Below are positions 54,136 to 64,000 of a stretch of 64,000 nucleotides of DNA, in pieces. The notes beneath the pieces are model-generated. The model was given only the letters and a program-made list of their open reading frames with translations, made no database searches and was not told the DNA's origin. Both the position numbers and the translations under genes were made by a program. How positions within the stretch are numbered: the first letter of the stretch is position 1; each line of letters opens with the position of its first letter. This stretch comes from Octopus vulgaris (taxonomy: Eukaryota), in contig OX597817.1 in the NCBI GenBank assembly GCA_951406725.2, forward strand, positions 165,354,001-165,418,000, written 5' to 3'.

Positions 54136-55144
54136 TATAATTTAAGACTACATTGTTGCTATTTGAGAGGTTATTTGGTTGTTATTTCTGTTAGGTCGTG
54201 CGACCGTTGGATTGTGTTTACGTACGAATATTTATACCTTTGAAGTTTGTATAATGCTGTGGTTCTTATTTATCGCTGGTGTCATTCTTGAACAGCATTC
54301 TAATGACCAATGGCGTTCCAAATGTGACCATCTTGCCTTTTATTCACGCACAGTGTGTATAAAGGACTGCATTATGTCACATTTTCTAAATTTTTAAAAA
54401 TACATTTAAGATGTGAAAGTTTTCAGCAACTAGCTATTATGTCTAGTATACTGAGTGACAACTAAAAGCGATTAATTAATATTGCACAAAGAAGCCTTGT
54501 TCGTACGGAGTTTATTTCGAGGGAGGTGATAATTTGAAATATACTGTAAAGTATGTTTCCATAAACACAAGCTTTAGTCATGTTATAAGTAGTAAATACA
54601 GTCGGCAAAAAAGTGGATGCAATCTAATTAGTTTCAAGCTTTATAAACCTTCATCAGAGAAAGAAATATTGATTTCTGTTCACGAAGAGATTCGTTACAG
54701 GCGCAGCTAAACAACTCCGCTTAATTTGCGTAACAGAACATGCGCTTGCAATGTTAATAATGAATTCGCAGGGAGGCCTAAATTGTATGTTTTTCAAATA
54801 TGCTTTGCTGGACATTAAATTCAGAATCAATAAGCAGAGATTCTTTCATAAGTTCATCCCCAGGTCGTCTTTTATTGAGTTGACAGGCCTTATCAGTTTT
54901 TGTGGACTTGTATATTATGACTTTTTCTTTAGGCGTAATATACGAAAAACTAAATATTCTATGATATTCTTTAGGCTTGTACAGTGTGCTATGAGGTTGA
55001 TTTGGTTATAACTTCCAGTATATGTGTGTGTGTGTGTGTGTGTGTGAGTGTGTGTGTGTATACATACATATCTTGCATACAGACGCACATATCTATCATT
55101 CTCTCTCTTTCTTTCTCTCTTTCTCTCTCTCTGTCTCTGTCTCT

Positions 55145-55186
<42 letters not shown>

Positions 55187-55197
55187 ACACATAGATA

Positions 55198-55890
55198 CAG
55201 AGGTTAGAGAAGAAAATGGAAACACCTTAAAATTTCAAACAAATTTATTTTAATATCGGGATGGTGGAGGATATCGACTCCTTACTTGTTTTTTTCTAAA
55301 ATGCACCATAAATATTCACTAATGTTGAAATTTGGGGACTGTGGGGACCAGATAAGCGTTCAGCTTCACTAGAATGTTCCTCGTGCCATTCAGTAACAAC
55401 TTTAGCTGTGTGAATTGGTGCATTATCATCCTGAAAGAGTGCGTTTCCCTCTGGAAACAGCTCCGCAACCATAGGATGAATTTGATTAGATAAAATGCTT
55501 AGTCTTGACAGCGGATTTCCATGATATAGCCCCACCACCAGATCTTTATCAATTGGAAGAGGGCAGTCTGGATCAAATGCTTCTTATGGCTGTCTCTATA
55601 CGTATACTCGGCCGGTGGTCGGAAATAAGGTAAAGGATGACTTGTCTGAGAAAATAGCATTATTCCACTGCTCTGTGGACCAATTCTGTAGGCTTTTACT
55701 CCACTCTAAACGATTTGCAACTTTTGCTTTTGAAAGTAGTGGTTTTCTGATTGTAGCTCTCCCTTCGTGCAGCTTCCGGCGAACACTTTTTGTGGAAACT
55801 GTGTTCTCAGGGTGGTCATTAAGCTCTGCAGTAATTTTAGGAGCTGTACTTTTGTGATCCTTTCTAACAATTCACGTAGGAGTCCGACAT
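55198..55890 (-). mobile_element. Tc1-like transposon fragment (transposase pseudogene plus one terminus)
   Basis: FQDDNAPIHTAKVVTEW, IFSDKSSF and RKPLLSK; terminus TA|CAGAGG at 55196-55203. Confidence 0.85.
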
Positions 55891-56169
55891 TCCCTATCCG
55901 AAAGTTTTGGTTTTCTTCTGGAATTTTGTCCTTCTTTCTCAAACTTTACTTTTCTCTTCTCAACGGAAGTGTAAGACTGCGTAAGGGATCCATACTCTAA
56001 ATATTCGGCTGAATCTCAAGACTTTAAGAAAACAATTTGTGAGGTATTATCTCATCGTAAACTTAAAATATTTGCTGATCTTTTTCTGGAAAAGTTCTGG
56101 ATTTCTATAAAAGAAAAAAAATATCTTACTGTCCATTGGGAAACAATATGTATAGTTTTTACCATATTT

Positions 56170-56392
56170 TATTTGTTTCAGTCATTAGACTGCAGCCATG
56201 CTGGGGCACAGCTTTGAAAAAAGTTTTAGGCGAATAAATCGACCCCAGTACTTTTTATACCAGGTACTTATTCTATCGATGTCTCTTGCCGAACCGCTAA
56301 GTTACGGAGACGTAAACACACCAACACCAGTTGTCAAGCGGTGGTGGGGACAAACACAGATACACAGATACCCCACACACACTCACACAAGC

Positions 56393-56447
<55 letters not shown>

Positions 56448-56597
56448 CGATGGGCTTCTTTCAATTTCCGTCCATCAAATCCACTCACAAGGCTTTGGTC
56501 GGTCCAAAGCTATAATAGAAGACACTTGCCCAAGGTGACACGCAGTGGGACTGAACCCAGAACCATGTAACTGGGAAGCAAGCTCCTTATCCACACA
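56170..56597 (-). mobile_element. SINE family B
   Basis: Matches the other family B copies. Confidence 0.85.
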
Positions 56598-57314
56598 TAT
56601 AGGTATTCAAGTATTTGTGAGTTAGGTTCAGGGCAAAGCTTTGTCATATTTTACAAATATCAAGAGGAAAGACAGAAATAGACAAATCCGATTTAAGTAT
56701 TTGTGTACCAAAAGAAAAGAATAGATTCTCAATAGAGAAGCAAATTTCATTATCTGAGCTGCTTTCAAAAATAACATTGCCTTGACCCGTATGACATGTT
56801 ACCTTGATTTATCTCATACACTTCCAACATTATCAACGAAAGATTAAGTTATTGTAGTAGTTATTATCTCTTCTGGTTCTGTTTATAAGCGTTACATAGG
56901 CTGTTGGGTTTTATGAGTATATTTTTGCACATACAGACCCACTCGATTGTTTTGTATTTTTTTCTTGTAGCTTAATTTTTTTCATTCCTAGCATTTTGAA
57001 AAACTTGAGAAAAATTTATGCTTTGTTAAATAAGAAAATCTTTTTTTCTTGTTTTAGTAATTTGACTGCGATCATGCTGGAGCACCACCCTGAATGGTTT
57101 TAGTCGAATAAATCGACACCTGAGACTTTTTTTATCGTTCTAGTCTTGTGCTAGAAAGAGCAGTAGAAGAGTTTTCTACTGCTCTTTCTAGTACTAGGCT
57201 TTCCTATCTGGAAGCCTCTTAATGTGTTCTAATGGACAAGATATTTCTATGTGAATAATATATAGGCGCAGGAGTGGCTGTGTGGTAAGTAGCCTGTCTA
57301 TGTGAATTATATAT

Positions 57315-57733
57315 AGGCGCAGGAGTGGCTGTGTGGTAAGTAGCCTGTCTACCAACCACATGGTTCCGGGTTCAGTCCCACTGCGTGGCACCTTGGGCAA
57401 GTGTCTTCTGCTATAGCCTCGGGCCGACCAAAGCCTTGTGAGTGGATTTGGTAGACGAAAACTGAAAGAAGCCCGTCGTATATATGTATATATATATATG
57501 TATGCGTGTGTGTGTTTGTGTGTCTGTGTTTGTCCCCATAGCATTGCTTGACAACCGATGCTGGTGTGTTTGTGTCCCCGTCACTTAGCGGTTCGGCAAA
57601 AGAGACCGATAGAATAAGTACTGGGCTTACAATAGAATAAGTTCCGGGGTCGAGTTGCTCGATTAAAGGCGGTGCTCCAGCATGGCCGCAGTCAAATGAC
57701 TGAAACAAGTAAAAGAGTAAAAGAGTAAAGAGA
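57315..57733 (+). mobile_element. Full-length young SINE family B; 5' junction duplicated (~51 bp)
   Basis: GGCGCAGGAGTGGCTGTGTGGTAAGTAGCCTGT occurs twice (~57264 and ~57315). Confidence 0.9.
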
Positions 57734-57974
57734 GTCTATTGACTTTGTTTTTTGTGCTAGGCCACTGGTAATAATAATTTCTATAATTTTTATTACCCTA
57801 ATATTATTTATTATGTTTAAATAATTTTTGATAGATTTGTTCGAAAATGTTTACCGGCATCCTCTCTGTCGCCGGAAATATACTGCATCAACGCGGTTGT
57901 TTTGAAAAATTAGAATATACAGGCAACCGGTTTACACGCGAATCTAGTTGTGTGTATATTTGAAATCTAAAGGC

Positions 57975-58046
57975 TTCCTACTGACGAAACTAGCCTCAGT
58001 AAATATTTTTTTTTACTGGAATGAGTTAGAAACCATGATCTAGGAA
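57975..58046 (+). ncRNA. Type I hammerhead ribozyme, slightly degenerate
   Basis: TTCCTA-CTGACGA-AACT..AGTTA-GAAA-CCATG-ATC^TAGGAA. Stem I is a perfect 6 bp; stem III has a C:A mismatch. Confidence 0.68.
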
Positions 58047-58367
58047 CTAAATTAGATGGTAAACGTGTTTAATTTTCAATCCTTTCGAGAATTTATCCAT
58101 AATTAGTGGTTTGAGTTTCCTACTGCTCTTTCTAGCACAAGGCTTTCCTATTTGAAAGCCTCTTAATGTGTTCTAATGGACAAGATATTTCTATGTGAAT
58201 AATATATAGTCTATTGACTATTTTTTTTTGTGCTAGACCACTGGTAATAATAATTTCTATAACTTTTATTACCCTAATATTATTTATATATATGTAGATA
58301 TATACACACACACACACATATATATATATACATATATATATAAATATATACATACTCACACACACAC

Positions 58368-58418
<51 letters not shown>

Positions 58419-58685
58419 AAAGTTTACGAAAAAATAACAAAAGACATTTTTTTCTCTCCTTGTTTTTTCTGTGTACCTTTCTGTAGAAGAACGTAGGCTC
58501 GAAACGTAAAAGACTTTTCTATTCCTGAGCGTTATACTAATACATCTGTTTGTTTTGTACAACACCTGTCTTCGTCTTTTGTTATTTTTTCGTAAACTTT
58601 CCCTATATATATATATATATACATACATACATACATATATATATATATGTATATATATATGTATATATATGAATATATATATGTA

Positions 58686-58793
<108 letters not shown>

Positions 58794-59325
58794 CATATAT
58801 ATATCATGTTCCTGGGTTCTATTTTCCTGTTTGTATTACCAAATTTCTACTTCCTTGTCGGTCTCTTTATAATGAAGTTCCTTGCACTTGCAATTTTGTA
58901 GATCTTCCTCGTTTTATCTTCCAGGTGTTGTGATTATCAGTGGTGTAGGCAGTACGTTGTTTTTTATTTTTAATTCCCTTTTATTTTAGACAAGAATAAT
59001 AGGTGTTACATTATAATAAAGATATTGTTATAATCGAAATCTGAAATATTGATCGTTAACAGGTTTCTTTCAACATGATAGAGGAAGCTTGTTAACGGTT
59101 CTACTTTGCTTTAGGAGTTCTGTGGCCACCCAATTGTATCTATCTATCTATCTGTCTGTCCACCTGTATACACATGCATACATATATGCATACATACATA
59201 CATACATGCATACATGCATACATACATACATACATACATACATACATACATACATACATACATACATACATAGGTACATGCATGCATATGTGTGTGTGCT
59301 ATGCATATATATATATATATAGATG

Positions 59326-59444
<119 letters not shown>

Positions 59445-59445
59445 C

Positions 59446-59497
<52 letters not shown>

Positions 59498-59499
<2 letters not shown>

Positions 59500-60052
59500 G
59501 CCCTGATGCAGTACCAGGCAGTGGCTCTCATGGCTTCTGATCTTAACTGATTGGAAGTGTTATCATGTACATTGTTTTGTCTTGGTATAAAAGATGGGCT
59601 ACAGCAAATATTCTGCTCAATACCACAGATTTGCTTGTCAGTTGTTTGACCTTAACCAGTTGAGCATGTCCCTTAGTGGCTGACGATATGTGCATCTCTG
59701 ATCACGAGCAGAAGTAGTGGGGAGCATCATAGCCATGTGTTGAGAAGGATTCTTTGGGGTTTGAATAATTCACCTCTGGAAACATGGGTGTTTCGTTCAA
59801 CGTCCTTAAACAACCCTTATTCAGGGATCTTTTGAGCGGGATGGGTTACTCGATCTGAAGAAAATTCTAACTGGGCTCCACCTGCAAGGTCATGTGCTGT
59901 TTATCTTGATATGAGATCACCATGTCGCGCACATATGGTTGTGATGCATGTGCCTGGTGTACCCTTATCAGACGGGTAGTCATGATGGGTATACTGGGCT
60001 TCGTATATTTTACCCCAGTGTCACTTTGATGGCATGCTCTGCTCGCTCACTC
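59498..60052 (+). mobile_element. ~555-bp non-coding insertion between two (TAA)n tracts
   Basis: Sharp boundaries against (TAA)n at ~59325-59497 and 60053-60097; no ORF and no tRNA head. Confidence 0.6.
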
Positions 60053-60098
<46 letters not shown>

Positions 60099-60758
60099 GG
60101 ACTGAGTATCTGGAGGTGATTCCAAGCCTATTATGCACCCTCATATATACCTGTCTAAAATATAATGATAAAATACGCAACAATACGTGAGACAACACTA
60201 CTTTAGTCCGTTAGAAATTGAGGCAACATAAACCATGAGCGTATGATATCCTACAGATATTAGATATTATTATTAGATAAGATAAGCCGTGGAAACCAAA
60301 GCCTAAAAAAAGTTATGGGATGGTTACTTCAGGAATGCTTTTGATCAATGGCCTGTTCGATATGGGTTAATTCGCAACTAAGGGTGGCAGAGCAAAGACA
60401 AATGAAAATTGAAGTATATCGTGAGCACAGACAATATCTGCCAAAATTTAATCACTTTTATAGAACTATTAACATGGTTCCTAGAAATTTCTGTTACACT
60501 TTCTCCTTCTCTTCCTCCCCTCTTTCTCTCTCTAACACACACGGACTCAAAACACATTGGGAGGTATATTTTATATCACTATCTATCTGTCTGTCTGTCT
60601 AATAATATATATATGTGTGTATATATAATATATAGTATATATGAGATATATAAATAATAAATGTGTGTATAATAGTTATACTATATATACATTTACTATA
60701 TAATATATATATATAGATATTATATTTACTATATAACATGTATATTATATATCTACGT

Positions 60759-61060
60759 GGAGGTGCAATGGCTCAGTGGTTAGGGCAGCAGACTCGCGGT
60801 CGGAGGATCGCGGTTTTGATTCCCAGACCGGGCGTTGTGTGTGTTTATTGAGCGAAAACACCTAAAAGCTCCACGAGGCTCCGGCAGGGGGTGGTGGTGA
60901 CCTCTGTTGTACTCTTTTGCCACAACCTTCTCTCACTCTTTCTTCCTGTTTCTTGAGTAACGATGCGATGGACTGGCGTCCCGTCCAGCTGGGAGGAACA
61001 CATACGCCACAGAAACCAGGAAACCGGCCCCATGAGCCTGGCTAGGCTTGAAAAGGGTGA
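60759..61060 (+). mobile_element. SINE family C
   Basis: tRNA-like head GGAGGTGCAATGGCTCAGTGGTTAGGGCAGCAGACTCGCGGTC. Confidence 0.85.
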
Positions 61061-61154
61061 CGTTTTTTTTTTTATCATATATCTACGTGTGTATGAATGA
61101 TGACTATAAATATATACCTATCCACTACACACATACACGCACACACATTATCGT

Positions 61155-61485
61155 GAACAGCTTACTCGTGAAGTTAACGTGTAAATGGCTGAGCACTCCA
61201 CAGACACGTGTACCCTTCACGTAATTCTCGGGGAGATTCAGCGTGACACAGAGTGTGACAAGGCTGGCCCTTTGAAAAACAGGCACAACAGAAACAGGAT
61301 GAAAGAGTGGGAGAAAGTTATGGTGAAAGGGTTCAGCATGTTTCGCCTCCCCCACCGCACGTCGGGGCCTCGTGAATCTTCAGGTGTTTTTCGCTCAATA
61401 AACATTCACAACGCCCGGTCTGGGTAACGAAACCGCGATCTTTTGACCGCGAGTCCGCAGCCCTAACCACTGGGCCATTGCGCCC
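61155..61485 (-). mobile_element. SINE family C
   Basis: Head at ~61485 (minus); body shares segments with 9300-9390. Confidence 0.8.
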
Positions 61486-61604
61486 CCACACATATATATA
61501 TGTGTGATATTAAAATATTCTAATATTATATATACATGCATATAATATATACATATACATATATATTTACATATATATGCGAGTGTATGTGTGTGTAAGT
61601 GTGC

Positions 61605-61660
<56 letters not shown>

Positions 61661-62020
61661 GCATAAAGAGCAAAAGCCATAACAGAATTTAACCACCAAC
61701 GATGAGTATATATTTTCAATATGCGACGAATTCTGAAGCTTGATACTATTTACTATCTAAACAGCCTGTGTTATTTTGGGAGTTGCTCCGAGAGAGATCT
61801 CTCAACCAATACATATATTAAGACAATGGTGGTCTTATATCAGCGTTTAGCATCTCTTCGCATACATTGACTTCCATCACGAATGAAAAATTCAATATAA
61901 GCGAACCATTTAGACGCAAAGTGTTGCTTTCTGTAAGGAGCTTGATGAGTCTTAACGTCATAGTGTCCTATACACACCGGATTACTTAGACGTACGCAAA
62001 CACACTCACACACATATATG

Positions 62021-62052
<32 letters not shown>

Positions 62053-62182
62053 TAGTTATAAATATATATGTACGTGTGTGTATATGAATGTATGTACGTT
62101 TGTGTATGCGTATGTTTAGATGTACACGACACACGTATGCATGGGTGAATATATACAACTGGTACTACTCAGTAAATGTACA

Positions 62183-62535
<353 letters not shown>

Positions 62536-62759
62536 GCCTGTTTGTCTATCTGCCCCTCTCTCTTTCTATATATATGTGTGTGTATGTGTGTGTGTGTGTG
62601 TGTGTTAGTCCATATGTGGGTGGTTCATGAATTTTTCCGCGGGATTCCAAGTTTGAATTCATTAAGCGGTATTTTGGGTATATATATATACATTCATACA
62701 TACATACATACATACATACATACATACATACATACATACATACATACACACATATATAT

Positions 62760-63125
62760 GAATGGCTGTGTGGGAAGAAGCTTCCTTCCTAACCACATGG
62801 TTCCGGGTTCACTGTGGGCGAGTGTCTTTTACTATTGCCTCGGGCCGTCCAAAGCCTTGTGAACAGATTTAGTAGACAGGAACTGAAAGAATCCCGTCGT
62901 ATATATTAATGTATGTATTTGTGTGTCTGTTTATCGCCCCACCATAGCGTGACAACCAATGTTGGTGCGTTTACGTTCCAGTAATCTAGCGGTTCGGCAA
63001 GAGAGACCGATAGAATGAGTATTAGTCTTACAAAAAATAAATCCTGGAGTCGCTCGTTTGACTAAAGGCAATGTTCCAACATGGCCGCAGTCAAATGACT
63101 GAAACAAGAAATAAAAAAAAAGAAT
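62760..63125 (+). mobile_element. SINE family B (diverged)
   Basis: Matches the other family B copies. Confidence 0.8.
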
Positions 63126-63159
63126 AAAAGAACATATATTCATACATATATATATATAT

Positions 63160-63262
<103 letters not shown>

Positions 63263-63467
63263 TTACTTTATATAATTAAGGGCTCAGTAAAATAATTTAC
63301 TTTGCCACATACTGAAATTTTTAGAAATAGCAGCCCCCAAAATTTTTTCTTTAGCCATTTCTAGTGCTTTAAGAAGAATCTCCCTGAAAGTGCTTACTCA
63401 AAAATAATTCACGTATATATGGAGGGAAAACAACAAAATATCACAAGTGCAAAGATATATATATATA

Positions 63468-63676
63468 ATCGGTGGACGCACGCAGTCCTCCAGTGGTACC
63501 CGCGTGAGCGGAAAAGACCACCCGGAAGACCTCCACGACGGTGGAGTGACTATTTCAAGAGGACGATTGGGATCACGTGGATGAGAAAGGCGCGATCCAG
63601 AGAGCAGTGGACAGCGTGCTGTGACCAGCGGTGTCAAATGGACGCCTGGCGGACTGGTCGGTCAAAGTGATCAAAG

Positions 63677-63680
<4 letters not shown>
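63468..63680 (+). mobile_element. RTE-clade LINE extreme 3' fragment in (TA)n
   Basis: Translates to RWTHAVLQWYPRERKRPPGRPPRRWSD...WMRKARSREQW. Confidence 0.85.
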
Positions 63681-63712
<32 letters not shown>

Positions 63713-63714
<2 letters not shown>

Positions 63715-64000
63715 TTAATTAATAAATTTTAGGGTAGCAATAAATTCTAGAAAAATTCTCCGCTACCAGCGGTCAAATGACAAAGAAAAAAAAAAGTCAA
63801 TAGACTATATAATATACATTCAAACATATAAGGGATGGCTATAATAGGACATCCGACTCACTAGAAAGAGCAGCTAAACTCCAAACCATTAATAGTTGTA
63901 ATTCTGAAATGGAAAGAGAAATAAAAATGTTTACCTCTCGTTTCTGGACTATGCATAGTTTCGGCAATCTTTCGTAAATAAATAAAATAAAATAAAATTT
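63713..64000 (-). mobile_element. Penelope pLTR-like element related to 57147-58285, running off the window
   Basis: Shares AGTCAATAGACTATATA and CTAGAAAGAGCAG; 3' half of an HHR at 63941-63968. Confidence 0.65.

Larger units (their letters stand above)
57147..58285 (+). mobile_element. Penelope pLTR-like partial tandem (~470-bp unit) with short inverted 5' arm, interrupted by a SINE
   Basis: 57169-57263 plus 57734-57810 repeats at 58113-58285. HHR at 57975-58046. Confidence 0.75.

Noticed and set aside
60759-60830. tRNA-like sequences (also 9153, 18327, 24140-24213, 61415-61485)
   Set aside because: Poor cloverleaf and continuous with repeat bodies; these are SINE heads.

Overview
This is AT-rich eukaryotic non-coding DNA. 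Its repeat content most resembles a coleoid cephalopod such as Octopus, which is an inference from recognising the repeats. I found no convincing host protein-coding exon, and almost all of the supplied ORFs are translations of microsatellites. The window is a mosaic of simple repeats (including a ~2.15 kb (CATA)n array), three tRNA-derived SINE families (many nested or in tandem) and several transposon classes. These are 3' fragments of RLE-type (R4/Dong-like) and RTE LINEs, a complete but decayed mariner, a Tc1 fragment, a probable non-autonomous Helitron and a hAT MITE. There is one tRNA-Gly(TCC) gene. The main hidden signal is a set of type I hammerhead ribozyme (HHR) motifs: about 6 well-formed or near-complete ones and several decayed ones. 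Most sit in short non-coding Penelope-like/retrozyme-like elements that lie in (TA)n and have an inverted 5' arm followed by a partial tandem repeat. The best example is a ~350-bp tandem repeat at 41.37-42.41 kb whose HHR has the compensatory U3-A8 core variant. All ribozyme calls come from manual base-pairing, not from computed folds or assays.
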